Shown piece after piece: positions 40,183 through 50,268 of a DNA stretch of 64,000 nt (position 1 is its first letter; each line of letters begins with the position of its first letter). A program made the position numbers and the translations under genes. The notes under the pieces were generated by a model. It had not been told where the DNA came from, ran no database searches, and saw nothing but the letters and a program-made list of their open reading frames with translations. The stretch is taken from positions 3,936,001 through 4,000,000 of the forward strand of contig CBDFLE010000006.1 of the NCBI GenBank assembly GCA_965248925.1, in the 5' to 3' direction. The stretch is from Candidatus Multivoradales bacterium. Its GTDB lineage: Bacteria; Acidobacteriota; Thermoanaerobaculia; Multivoradales; J023.

Positions 40183-41196
40183 ATGCCGAAAACAAACCTA
40201 CAGATTCGCCTCGCAGCGCGCCCCAAAGGGTTGCCCAAGGCGAGTGATTTTGAAGCCGTCGAGGCGACGGTGCCGGAGCCCGCAGAGGGACAGGTGTTGG
40301 TACGCAATATCTTGCTGTCTCTCGACCCGGCTATGCGTGGGTGGATGACCGACCGTAAATCTTACGTTCCGCCGGTGTCGATCGGCGAAGTGATGCGTGG
40401 TTTGGCTTTGGGGGAAGTGGTGGCGTCGCGGGCTGTGGGCTGGGACTCGGGCGACTTGGTGACCGGACTGCTCGGCTGGCAGCAATACGCGATCCTCAAA
40501 CCCGAAAATCTGGATCGCCTGCCTGCCGGCACCCCACCAGCACTGGCCATGGGGCCGTTGGGGATGACCGGGTTGACGGCCTATTTTGGCTTGCTCGATA
40601 TTGGCCAGCCGCGGGAAGGCGAGACAGTGCTGGTTAGCGCAGCGGCCGGGGCGGTGGGTTCGATTGTCGGGCAGATCGCCCGCATCAAGGGCTGCCGGGT
40701 GGTGGGCATCGCCGGTACCGATGACAAATGCCGCTGGTTGACCGAAGATCTCGGTTTCGACGCGGCGATCAACTACAAGACTTGCGATGATCTGCACGCC
40801 ACGATTTATCACCACTGCCCGAAGGGTATCGATGTCTATTTCGATAACGTAGGCGGCGAGACTTTAGACATTGCCCTGCGCCTGCTGCGGCGCCAGGCGC
40901 GGGTAGTGATCTGTGGCGCTATCTCGCAATATAATGCCACTGAGCCGGCGCCAGGGCCGATCAACTACCTTTCGTTATTGGTCAACCGGGCACGGATGGA
41001 AGGGTTTATTATTTTTGACTATCAGCCCCGTTACGCCGCGGCCCAAGCCGAGCTGGCGAAGTGGCTGGAACAGGGTAAGCTGAAGTTCCGGGTCGACATC
41101 ACCAAGGGGCTCGAGAACGCCCCCCAGGCTTTGCTCAAGCTGTTCGATGGTGGCAATACCGGCAAGTTGCTGGTGCAGATCGGCCCTGAACCTTGA
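40183..41196 (+). CDS. NADP-dependent oxidoreductase (CurA/prostaglandin reductase-like)
   Basis: SLDPAMRG, GLTAYFG, AAAGAVG, YFDNVGG. Confidence 0.92.
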   Translation: MPKTNLQIRLAARPKGLPKASDFEAVEATVPEPAEGQVLVRNILLSLDPAMRGWMTDRKSYVPPVSIGEVMRGLALGEVVASRAVGWDSGDLVTGLLGWQQYAILKPENLDRLPAGTPPALAMGPLGMTGLTAYFGLLDIGQPREGETVLVSAAAGAVGSIVGQIARIKGCRVVGIAGTDDKCRWLTEDLGFDAAINYKTCDDLHATIYHHCPKGIDVYFDNVGGETLDIALRLLRRQARVVICGAISQYNATEPAPGPINYLSLLVNRARMEGFIIFDYQPRYAAAQAELAKWLEQGKLKFRVDITKGLENAPQALLKLFDGGNTGKLLVQIGPEP

Positions 41197-41279
41197 GTAG
41201 CGAATGGCCTAGAAAGCCGTGGTAAAAGTCAGACACCAGCGAAAGCGCGTTGCTTGGGGCAAGGTCGCTGCCATAGCAA

Positions 41280-41642
41280 TTATCGGCGGTCGAGGGTAGA
41301 GGCGATCGTCGCCGCCCAGCTACCGTCGGCATCTTCGTTGAACTCCCAAGCCATAAAACCACCGAATTGATCGCCGTAGTCGGCTACCAGCGGGTCGAGC
41401 AGGTCGGTCACCACTTGGGCCAGTGGCTCATAGCCGCTGACCTTCGAGCTGTAGGGTTTGCCCAAGACCACCACCAAGCGTGGGGCAACGACCGCTGGCG
41501 GCGGTGGCGGGGCGGGTTCGGTGGGTGGATCCTCGGGGGCCGCTAGCGGGGCATTGGATTGTTCGGTTGGAGTTTGCCGGGTCGAACAGGCCAGCGTCGA
41601 GCAGATCGTAAGGGTCAGAGCGATCAGCAAGAACTTGTTCAC
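41280..41642 (-). CDS. Small lipoprotein with Pro-rich linker and GH18-like tail
   Basis: GGAGG RBS, lipobox TLAC, GGFMAWE. Confidence 0.55.
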   Translation of the reverse strand: MNKFLLIALTLTICSTLACSTRQTPTEQSNAPLAAPEDPPTEPAPPPPPAVVAPRLVVVLGKPYSSKVSGYEPLAQVVTDLLDPLVADYGDQFGGFMAWEFNEDADGSWAATIASTLDRR

Positions 41643-41688
41643 GACACCTCCTGGTGGTTTCTGGGTTAGCAAAGTCGGCTGGTCTTGA

Positions 41689-42141
41689 TCAGCGATACTC
41701 GCTACCACCGTGGCGGATGTAGCCGCCACGATGGCGACCCCGGGGGTCGTGGTGGGTCCAGTGGATAACCCCGCCCCGCTCACTCCACTCGTATTCGCCG
41801 CCGATCTCGACCTGGTCGCCGCGGGCGAGTGGAACACGCTCGGCTAGATCGATGTTGTGGGCGACCAGGACTGTATGGCCGCTCGCCAGCTCGACGATAA
41901 AGCGCTGGTGGCGCGAGCCCGCGGTGTCGTCGGCTAACAGGCGCCGGACGACACCCATGACCTCGACCTCGAGGTTAGAGGTGTGCTGATCGAACGCTTC
42001 GAGGATGGCTGCTTCATCGGCCGTCGCGGCTGACCCCCTACCGGGCAGCTGAAGGTCGAACCGCTGCGCGGCCCAGATCGCCAGCGCCACCAGAAGGTAG
42101 GCGATGCCGCGGAGCAGCTTACGGTGCCTGCGGTTTCTCAT
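41689..42141 (-). CDS. DUF3465-domain protein
   Basis: GSRHQRFI, AHNIDLA, GEYEW...GGVIHWTHHDP. Confidence 0.88.
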   Translation of the reverse strand: MRNRRHRKLLRGIAYLLVALAIWAAQRFDLQLPGRGSAATADEAAILEAFDQHTSNLEVEVMGVVRRLLADDTAGSRHQRFIVELASGHTVLVAHNIDLAERVPLARGDQVEIGGEYEWSERGGVIHWTHHDPRGRHRGGYIRHGGSEYR

Positions 42142-42289
42142 TTTGCCCCAACCAGATCAACAATCAGTGGCAAGTGATCTTCCCCTGGACAGTTTCCGAG
42201 CTGCCAAAGCCGCTTCTCAAGGTGAGCCGAGTCACCTCCGACCGGGCTAGGGAAGGTCCGGAAGTCAGAGTGAGAGCTTTCTGTACCCC

Positions 42290-43990
42290 TCAATATCCCG
42301 CCGCCTGGCCGTCTTTGCGCGATTCCGAAGCGCCGTAGTAGACGTCGTTCTCAGCGTCGTAGAGGATCGCCTGGTAACCGCCGTACGGGCCGCGGGCGAA
42401 GCCTATCTGGTGGCCACGGCCCATGAGTTCACGAACGGTTTCGTAAGGGAAGCCGCTTTCAAGCGTCACTCTGCCACCGTTGGTCATGCGCTCGCCGGTG
42501 GGTTGAGACGAGCCTTGGTGCAAGATTCGCGGTGCGTCGCCAGCCTCTTGCAAACCCATGCCGAAGTCGACCATGTTGATGATGATTTGCGCTTGTCCCT
42601 GGGGCTGGGTGGCGCCGCCCATCACACCGAAGCTCATGTAGGGCTTGCTGTCTTTGGTGACGAATCCTGGAATAATAGTGTGGAAAGGGCGCTTGCCGGG
42701 AGCGTAGACATTGGGGTGGCCTTCTTCGAAGGTGAACAGCTCGCCGCGATCCTGGAGGATGAAGCCGAGACCGTCGGGGGTCATGCCCGAGCCCATGCCA
42801 CGGTAGTTGCTTTGGATCAGCGAAACCATGTTGCGGTCTTGGTCAGCGACGGTGAGGTAGATGGTGTCGCCTTCTTCGAGTGCCGGGTTGCCAGCGGTGA
42901 GAGTCTTGGCGGCGCGCCGTGGGTCGATCAACTGGCGGCGGTGCCCGGCATAGGCCTTGGAGACCAGACCGCGGAGCGGTAGCTGGCTGAATTCGGGGTC
43001 TGCATACCAGCGGGCGCGGTCTTCAAAGACCAGCTTCTTAGCTTCCAGGAAATGGTGGACGTAGTCGGCGCTGCCAAAGCCCATCGCTCTCAAGTCGAAA
43101 CCCTCGAGCAGGTTGAGGATTTGCAGAACGGCGATGCCCTGGCCGTTGGGTGGCAGCTGCCAGACTTCGAGCCTACGGTAAGTGGTCGACATCGGCTCGA
43201 CCCAGGTCGAGTGATGGGCCGCCAGATCCTGGTAACTCAGGAAACCGCCTTGCCGTTTCATGTAAGCGGCGATAGTGCGGGCGATGTCTCCCGTGTAGAA
43301 GGCGTCGCGACCGCCGCTGGCGAGCTGCTCCAGGGTGTGGGCCAGGCCGGGATTGCGGAAGATCTCGCCCTTGCGCGGCGCCCGCCCCTCGGGCATGAAG
43401 GTCTCGGCGAAACCCTCGAACTTCTTCAGGATCGGCACGCTGCGGTCCCAGTAGTAGGCGATCAGCTCGCTGAGCGGATAGCCCTCGCGGGCATAGCGGA
43501 TAGCCGGCGCCAGTACCTCGGCCATCGGCAGGCGGCCAAATTTCTGGTGCAGCTCAAACCAACCGTCCACCGCTCCGGGCACAGTGACCGGCAAGGGACC
43601 GTGGCTGGGCATCTTATCGAAGCCGCGGCGACGCAACTCCGCCAGGGTCAGGCTGGCGGGCGAGCGGCCGCTGGCGTTGAGACCGTGCAGCTTGCCCGAC
43701 TCACTATCCCAGACGATAGCGAAGAGGTCGCCGCCGAGACCGCTGCCGGTAGGTTCGACCAGCGCCAGCATGGCGTTGGCGGCTATCGCCGCGTCGACCG
43801 CCGATCCGCCGGCCTGAAGAATGTCGAGCGCCACTTGGGTGGCCAACGGCTGACTGGTGGCGGCCATGCCGTGGCGGGCAATCACCTCTGAGCGTGTGGC
43901 AAAGTCGCGGCCGGTGATCCGATCGCCGGCATCGGCAGCGGGGGCCAGTAGCAGAGCCAGAGCTAGAACGAAGGGTGAGATGAATTTCAC
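42290..43990 (-). CDS. ggt: Gamma-glutamyltransferase
   Basis: GGSAVDAAIA, GDTIYL cleavage site, PGKRPFHTIIP, RKDGQAAGY. Confidence 0.95.
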   Translation of the reverse strand: MKFISPFVLALALLLAPAADAGDRITGRDFATRSEVIARHGMAATSQPLATQVALDILQAGGSAVDAAIAANAMLALVEPTGSGLGGDLFAIVWDSESGKLHGLNASGRSPASLTLAELRRRGFDKMPSHGPLPVTVPGAVDGWFELHQKFGRLPMAEVLAPAIRYAREGYPLSELIAYYWDRSVPILKKFEGFAETFMPEGRAPRKGEIFRNPGLAHTLEQLASGGRDAFYTGDIARTIAAYMKRQGGFLSYQDLAAHHSTWVEPMSTTYRRLEVWQLPPNGQGIAVLQILNLLEGFDLRAMGFGSADYVHHFLEAKKLVFEDRARWYADPEFSQLPLRGLVSKAYAGHRRQLIDPRRAAKTLTAGNPALEEGDTIYLTVADQDRNMVSLIQSNYRGMGSGMTPDGLGFILQDRGELFTFEEGHPNVYAPGKRPFHTIIPGFVTKDSKPYMSFGVMGGATQPQGQAQIIINMVDFGMGLQEAGDAPRILHQGSSQPTGERMTNGGRVTLESGFPYETVRELMGRGHQIGFARGPYGGYQAILYDAENDVYYGASESRKDGQAAGY

Positions 43991-44265
43991 GGTCGAGATC
44001 CTCTTGGCGAGTTCTGCCCGGCGGCGGCTTCCGAGCGGGAGAGCAGTGATGAGTTTGGCGATGAATTTTAAGCCTGCTAAGTATACAAGGCCAGGGCTAA
44101 GGGCTTGCGGTAGGCTAAGGTCATCCTTGGACCCTCGGCGAGGGCGCTGTGGGCGGCTTTCTTTGGCGCGGCCTAGCTGGGCTGACGGTCTCTTATCTTA
44201 GATGTATCTGTAGGGGGATCGGCCGTTCACTGAGGAGCGGTCGGATCAAGTGGAGAGTACCGGCG

Positions 44266-45888
44266 TTGTCGCAGAGCTACGATCCTCATCGAGCGAGTCA
44301 GAAGCTGGCGCAGCTGCGGGCTCGCTATGCGGCACAGATTCCCGGCGCTGTCGCTGAGATCCGTGAATTGCTCGGTCGGTTGGCGGAGGATTGGCAGTGC
44401 GATCTCGCGGCCGAGATCCGTGACCGGCTGCACCGCTTGGTGGGTTCGAGCGGCACCTTTGGCTTCGAGCAAGTGAGCATCGAGTCGCGGCGGCTCGAAC
44501 GAGAAGTAGGGCGTTGGCTCGAAGCGCCTCCGGACCCGCAAGCACAACAGCAGTTGGCAGCGCTTGGGCGCCGGCTGGCCCACGTCTCCCCGCAGCGAAC
44601 GCAGTCACCGCAGGAGCCCGTGCCCGCTCGCCGTACACACCGGCACCCGGAGCAAGGCGCTAGCGATCTAGTGGTCTTCGAAAGCACCCCACCTAGTCAG
44701 TTCTTGGCCATGACCCAAGTGCTCGGAGCGGCCGGATATCGTTTGCAGACCCGCCAGGAGTGCGACTCGGGAGCGGACCTGTGCCCGACGCCAGCGGCCT
44801 GTATTGTGCGCTTGCTGGAAGCCGACCCGGCGCGGTCTATATTGGCCGGCTCGCGACCCTCACCTACCGTGGTGGTTTCTGAGGTCGATGACTTTGCTTC
44901 CCGGTTGCAGGCGGTGCGCCTTGGCTCGAGCGCTTTTCTCACCGAACCGATCGATGCCGAAAGCCTGGTCGAGAGTCTCGATCGATTGACCGCCCACCAT
45001 GCAGAGCAACCTTTCCGAGTGCTGGTGGTGGACGATGATGTCGCGGTTGCTGAGCACAATGCCCTGCTGCTGCGACAGGAGGGAATGCAAGTCGAGCTGG
45101 TGACCGAGCCGCAGCAGGCGGTCGAGCTGCTGGTCGAGCTGCAGCCCGACCTGGTGTTGATGGATCTCTACATGCCGGACTGTGATGGCCTCGAGCTGGC
45201 GGCGGTGATCCACCAGCAAGCATCCTTCTTCAGCTTGCCGATTATCTTCTTCTCTGTCGAGTCGGATCCCAATCTACAGTTTGGCGATATGTTGCGCGAC
45301 GGCGACGATGTGCTGACCAAGCCGATTCCTCCTGAGCAGTTGGTTTCGGCGGTCAGTCATCACGCGCGGCGTTCGCGACTGGCGCAGTCGCTGATGACCC
45401 GCGACGGCCTGACCGGATTGATCGGCCACAGCTTGCTGCTCGAACGCCTGGATCAGGAAATTAGTCGGGCGCGTCGGCGTGGGGTGCAAGTGGCGTTTGC
45501 GATGGTCGACCTCGACAGCTTCAAGAAGGTCAATGATACCTACGGCCATGCGGTTGGCGACCGTCTGTTGCGGGGATTTGCGCGTTTTATCGAACACACT
45601 CTGCGCCGCTCGGACTCGGTCGGTCGCTATGGCGGAGATGAGTTTGGCATTGTACTTCCGGGGGTAGACGCCGCCGGCGCCCAGAGGATTCTCGATCGTG
45701 CCCGGCAGCGCTTCGTCGATCAACCGCCAGTAGTGGTCGGGGAGGGGGCGGTGGTGAGCTTCAGCTGCGGGGTGGCTGATTTTCCCAGCCAAGGTAGCGC
45801 TCGTGCCCTCACCGCCAGCGCCGACCAGGCCCTATATCTGGCCAAGCGCGCCGGCCGCAACCAAGTGCTGGTGGCGGCCGGGACCTAG
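44266..45888 (+). CDS. Hpt-REC-REC-GGDEF diguanylate cyclase
   Basis: LHRLVGSSGTFG (Hpt), REC DLYMP, RRSD I-site, RYGGDEF; start inferred. Confidence 0.9.
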   Translation: MSQSYDPHRASQKLAQLRARYAAQIPGAVAEIRELLGRLAEDWQCDLAAEIRDRLHRLVGSSGTFGFEQVSIESRRLEREVGRWLEAPPDPQAQQQLAALGRRLAHVSPQRTQSPQEPVPARRTHRHPEQGASDLVVFESTPPSQFLAMTQVLGAAGYRLQTRQECDSGADLCPTPAACIVRLLEADPARSILAGSRPSPTVVVSEVDDFASRLQAVRLGSSAFLTEPIDAESLVESLDRLTAHHAEQPFRVLVVDDDVAVAEHNALLLRQEGMQVELVTEPQQAVELLVELQPDLVLMDLYMPDCDGLELAAVIHQQASFFSLPIIFFSVESDPNLQFGDMLRDGDDVLTKPIPPEQLVSAVSHHARRSRLAQSLMTRDGLTGLIGHSLLLERLDQEISRARRRGVQVAFAMVDLDSFKKVNDTYGHAVGDRLLRGFARFIEHTLRRSDSVGRYGGDEFGIVLPGVDAAGAQRILDRARQRFVDQPPVVVGEGAVVSFSCGVADFPSQGSARALTASADQALYLAKRAGRNQVLVAAGT

Positions 45889-46604
45889 GGTAGGAAGGCA
45901 TAGCCGACACCACGCTGTGTTACCAGGTAGCGTGGGCTTGAGGGTTTGGGCTCTATCTTGTGTCGCAGGCGGTGGATGTGAACCCGCAGGGCGTCTTCGA
46001 ACACCTCTTCCATCGGCCACAGACGACGCAGCAAATATTGCGTCGACACTGGCCGGTGGGCGCTGCGGATCAAGATGTATAGCAGCTTGGTCTCGGTGGG
46101 GGTCAAATCGACGGTGCCCTTGGCGACTTCCGCCGATTGGTGGGCGAAGTCGACTGCCAACTGGTCGTCGATGACGGTTTTCGGCGCCAAGGCGTAGTTG
46201 AAGTCGCCAAGCCGGCGCAGGACTCGCTTGACCCGGGCCGCCAACTCGCGAGGATTAAAGGGCTTGGTGATGTAGTCCTCGGCCAATTCTTCGATGGACT
46301 GCACCACGGTGTCTTCATCGTCGACAGAGGTCAGTAAAATCACGGGTAAATCAGAGAATTTCTGCACTCGGCGGCAGAACTCCAGGCCATCCATGCCAGG
46401 CATCATCACGTCGACGACCGCCAGATGGGGCAGGCCGTGGCGGCTGATCCAGTCTAGGGCTTGCTGGGCGGAAGCAACTTTTGAGACGTCAAACCCTTCG
46501 GTCTCCAGGCTGAGACCGACTACGGTGAGGATGTCTGGCGCGTCGTCAACCGCCAGGATGCGCTGCTGGTCGGAGGAGGGGTCCGGCAGAGTCAGTCGGC
46601 TCAC
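45885..46604 (-). CDS. OmpR-family response regulator
   Basis: REC plus winged helix LTPTE...RGVGY. Confidence 0.92.
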   Translation of the reverse strand: MSRLTLPDPSSDQQRILAVDDAPDILTVVGLSLETEGFDVSKVASAQQALDWISRHGLPHLAVVDVMMPGMDGLEFCRRVQKFSDLPVILLTSVDDEDTVVQSIEELAEDYITKPFNPRELAARVKRVLRRLGDFNYALAPKTVIDDQLAVDFAHQSAEVAKGTVDLTPTETKLLYILIRSAHRPVSTQYLLRRLWPMEEVFEDALRVHIHRLRHKIEPKPSSPRYLVTQRGVGYAFLP

Positions 46605-46752
46605 CCCACACCTCCGTCAGGTCGGGGGCAGCTCTGCTGCCGGCCCGAAAACCTGATGGACAGCTTGGCGGGGACGACACGCACCGGCGAAGATGCTGAG
46701 TCCATAGGGCGAGTATACTGGAATCTGCTAAACTACTCCGCGAGGCGCTGTC

Positions 46753-47154
46753 TTGGAAGCCGCAGAAGCCAATACTGAGCTACAAAGAATCCTCTTGGTC
46801 GAGGATGACCCGGACATTCAGCTGGTGGCGAGGCTGTCGTTGGTGGATATCGGTGGCTTCGTTGTCGAGATCTGCGGCTCGGGCCAGGAGGCGTTGGCAA
46901 AAGTTGGCGAATTCTCGCCGCAGCTGATCTTGCTTGACGTGATGATGCCTGGCATGGACGGCATCAGCACTTTGCAGGAGCTGCGCTTCATTCCCGATCT
47001 GGCCCATACCCCGGTGGTTTTCATGACCGCCAAGGCGCAGCCCAACGAGGTAGCCGAGTATCGCCGCATCGGTGCGGTGGATGTCATCGCCAAGCCTTTC
47101 GATCCCCTCGGACTGAGCGCCGAAGTCGAAGCGATCTGGCGCCGGTGTCGCTGA
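46753..47154 (+). CDS. Single-domain response regulator
   Basis: VEDD, DVMMPGMDG, KPF. Confidence 0.92.
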   Translation: MEAAEANTELQRILLVEDDPDIQLVARLSLVDIGGFVVEICGSGQEALAKVGEFSPQLILLDVMMPGMDGISTLQELRFIPDLAHTPVVFMTAKAQPNEVAEYRRIGAVDVIAKPFDPLGLSAEVEAIWRRCR

Positions 47155-47347
47155 GCGCCGCTGTCGCTGAGAAACGCAGGGTTGGCGGGCGAGCCGGCCA
47201 ACCCCTGCTCCAGTCGCGGTGTAATCTCTGACGTAATCTGCGGTCGCTAGACTCAGTGGCCGGTGTTTTCTGTCAAGCACGTCGGCAACTCATGCCTGAA
47301 ATCCGCTCGCGAGCAGAGGGGGCGAAAGAGGTAAGAGCACCGAGGCG

Positions 47348-50248
47348 ATGATCGATAAGAGACTCAAATGGGGAACGTTCTGGGGCCGGCACCTGGGTGG
47401 AGTCTCGCTGCCGTCAATGCTGGCGCTGATCGTGTTGGTGCTGACCAGCGTCCTGGTTTTCGTCGCTGGCCTGCTGCCGGCCGGCGGCCAGCCGACCCGC
47501 GAAATTCGCCTGCTGCGCTTGCTGCTGGAATGGAGCGCGGTGTTGGTGGCCTGGGGTTTGGCCGGGCTGGCGGCGGTTCGCTATCGGGTGCGCCGTGATT
47601 CCGAGTTGATCGGCCTGGCGTGGGTGTTCGCCTTTCTCGGCTCGATCGATGCGGTGGCTAGCATCGGCGGTTGGTTGCAGGGTGGCGGCGAGGCGTCTTG
47701 GTCGTTGTTTGGCTGGACCCTCGGTCGGATCTACTTGGTGGTGGCCTTGCTAGCTACGGCGACCTTGGCGACCGCGGTTGCCGATCGGCGAATCGCCGCC
47801 CGCTGGATCTCTTTGATCTGTGGCTTGTCAGGTTTGGCGGTTTTGATCGCGGTGGCGACCGCAGCGGCCGGGCTGCATCCTGGTTGGCGGTTGTCTGGAT
47901 TGGCGCTGCCACGACCCTGGGAGCTACCGCCGGCATTCTTGTTGCTGCTCGGGGCGTTCTTCCTGTTCCCCCAGCTGCACCGGCTGCGACCGACCCTGCT
48001 GAGCCATGCCTTGATCCTTGCCAGTGTGCCATTTATCTTGTGCCATCTGCTGCTTGCCTGGGGCTCCCCCGATCCCTTCAGCCCGGCGTTGCTGTTTTCC
48101 TTGGGCCTTCGTTTGTTGGGCTACGTTGCTTTGTTGGTCGGCTTGGCGATGGAGTTGGTTCAGACTTCGAGTCAAGGTCAAGACGCGGTGGTGGGATTGC
48201 AGACCGCGCAGTTGGAACTCGACAAGAGATCGCGGGAGATTGAACGCATCGATCAGCAGTTGGTGGTCAAGGAGGTCGAGCGGCGGCGGGCGGCTAGTTC
48301 GTTGAGAATGCTCGAGAAAGCGGTCGAGACGATGTCATTGGGGGTGACCATCACCAATCTCGAGGGCAAGATCCTCTACGTCAATCCGGCCGATGCCGAA
48401 ATGCACGGCTACAAGGTCGAAGAGCTGCAAGGTAAGAGCGCCCGCACCTATGCACCCCAACGCAGCAAGACGGTGTCCCCGGACTCGCCCCCTGAGACGT
48501 ACCAAGCATGGACCCGTGAGCGCATCAATGTCACCCGCAGCGGGGAGGAATTTCACGTCCGACTAGTGTCTGATGTGGTGCGCGGGCCGGAGGACGAGTC
48601 GCTGGCCGTGGTGACTCTCTGTGAAGACATCGGCGAGCAGCTGGCTATCCGCGAGGCTCTGGAGCGTCGCGAGCGTATTTTGGAAGTGATCGGCTTGGCT
48701 ACCGAGAGTTTTCTCGGCACCTCGGCCTGGGAGCAGAAAGTCGAGCAAGTGCTCAAGCGACTGGGAGAGGCAACCCGTGCCGATCGCGTCTACCTGAGTC
48801 GGTTCGACGATCCTGACGACATTCCCACCGTTCCTAGTGGTCAGAGCTGGATGGCGCCCGACAGCGGCGTCGAGGACACCCGCACCGGCATGCGGCACTT
48901 GCCTCCGCGGGGGGGGTTATTCGAGCGCTGGCGAGCACGGCTCGAGGATGGCGGCATCCTGGAAGGAGCGGTGAAAGACCTGCCAGCAGAAGAACGCGAA
49001 GTGTTGGAAGCTAGGGGAGTCCAATCCTTGGCGGTGGTGCCGATCTTTCGCCAGTCGCGCTGGTGTGGTTTTCTATGCCTCGAAGACCGTCAGCCGGGGC
49101 GTCATTGGTCGCCGGTCGAATTGGAGGCGCTACGGGTGGCGGCACGGGCTTTCGGCGCGGCGATCCAGCGGCGTCAGACCGAGGAGGCGTTGGCGGCCAG
49201 TGAGGCCAAGTACCGCGACCTGTTGGAAAGTGCCAACGATTTGATCCAGAGCATCAGTCCCGGTGGCCACTTCGAGTTCGTCAACCGTGCCTGGCTGACG
49301 GCTTTGGGCTATCAGCGGCAAGAAGTCGAATGTCTGAGCGCTTGGGACGTGATCCATCCGCGTCACCATGAGCATTGCCGCAAGATTATGGAGAGGATCA
49401 TGCATGGCGACAGCGCCGAGCGGATCGAGGTCGACTTCGTGACCAAGGGAGGGGAGCTGATTTCGGTCGAGGGCAGCCTGACTCGACGTCTCGAAGACGG
49501 CCGCACGGTGGCCACCCTGGGCATCTTCCGCGACATCACCGAGCGCAAGCAGGTCGACCGGATGAAGCAAGAGTTCGTCTCGACGGTCAGCCACGAGCTG
49601 CGCACTCCCCTCACCTCGATCGTTGCTTCGCTGGGATTGTTAAGCAGTGGTCGGCTGGCTGAAAAACCCGAAGCGGTCAGCGACTTGCTGGTCGTGGCGC
49701 GGAGAAATAGTGATCGCCTTTTGCAGCTGATCAATGATCTGCTCGATCTGCAGAAGCTGGCCGCCGGCAAGATGCGCCTGCGGATCGAACCGCTCGATCC
49801 AGCGCCGTTGCTACAGGAGGTGTTGGAAGATATCTCGACCCTTGCCGAGTCGTTCAAGGTACGACTCCAGCTGACGCATCCTGGAAAGCCGCTGCAAGCG
49901 TTGGCTGATCGCGACCGGCTGATGCAGGTTTTCAACAATTTGTTATCGAATGCGATCAAGTTTTCACCCGCCGGTGAGGTAGTGTTGGTTAAAGTCGAAC
50001 CATGCCAGGATAAGGTGCTGTTCTCAGTCGCAGATCACGGAGAGGGAATTCCGCCCGAGTTCCAGCACCGGATATTCGACAAGTTCACCCAGGTCGACTC
50101 GTCGCCGACTCGCAAGGCCGGTGGCTCGGGGCTTGGCCTGAGCATCGTCAAAGGTTTGGTCGAGCAAATGCAAGGCCAGGTATGGCTCGAGTCCCGGCCG
50201 GGAGAAGGCACCACCTTCTTCGTCGAGCTGCCGGCGCTACCCAACTGA
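47348..50248 (+). CDS. Membrane sensor histidine kinase (multi-TM, PAS, GAF, PAS)
   Basis: SHELRTP H-box, N, G1 and G2 boxes. Confidence 0.92.
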   Translation: MIDKRLKWGTFWGRHLGGVSLPSMLALIVLVLTSVLVFVAGLLPAGGQPTREIRLLRLLLEWSAVLVAWGLAGLAAVRYRVRRDSELIGLAWVFAFLGSIDAVASIGGWLQGGGEASWSLFGWTLGRIYLVVALLATATLATAVADRRIAARWISLICGLSGLAVLIAVATAAAGLHPGWRLSGLALPRPWELPPAFLLLLGAFFLFPQLHRLRPTLLSHALILASVPFILCHLLLAWGSPDPFSPALLFSLGLRLLGYVALLVGLAMELVQTSSQGQDAVVGLQTAQLELDKRSREIERIDQQLVVKEVERRRAASSLRMLEKAVETMSLGVTITNLEGKILYVNPADAEMHGYKVEELQGKSARTYAPQRSKTVSPDSPPETYQAWTRERINVTRSGEEFHVRLVSDVVRGPEDESLAVVTLCEDIGEQLAIREALERRERILEVIGLATESFLGTSAWEQKVEQVLKRLGEATRADRVYLSRFDDPDDIPTVPSGQSWMAPDSGVEDTRTGMRHLPPRGGLFERWRARLEDGGILEGAVKDLPAEEREVLEARGVQSLAVVPIFRQSRWCGFLCLEDRQPGRHWSPVELEALRVAARAFGAAIQRRQTEEALAASEAKYRDLLESANDLIQSISPGGHFEFVNRAWLTALGYQRQEVECLSAWDVIHPRHHEHCRKIMERIMHGDSAERIEVDFVTKGGELISVEGSLTRRLEDGRTVATLGIFRDITERKQVDRMKQEFVSTVSHELRTPLTSIVASLGLLSSGRLAEKPEAVSDLLVVARRNSDRLLQLINDLLDLQKLAAGKMRLRIEPLDPAPLLQEVLEDISTLAESFKVRLQLTHPGKPLQALADRDRLMQVFNNLLSNAIKFSPAGEVVLVKVEPCQDKVLFSVADHGEGIPPEFQHRIFDKFTQVDSSPTRKAGGSGLGLSIVKGLVEQMQGQVWLESRPGEGTTFFVELPALPN

Positions 50249-50268
50249 CCGGCCGCTGGGAGACACGC

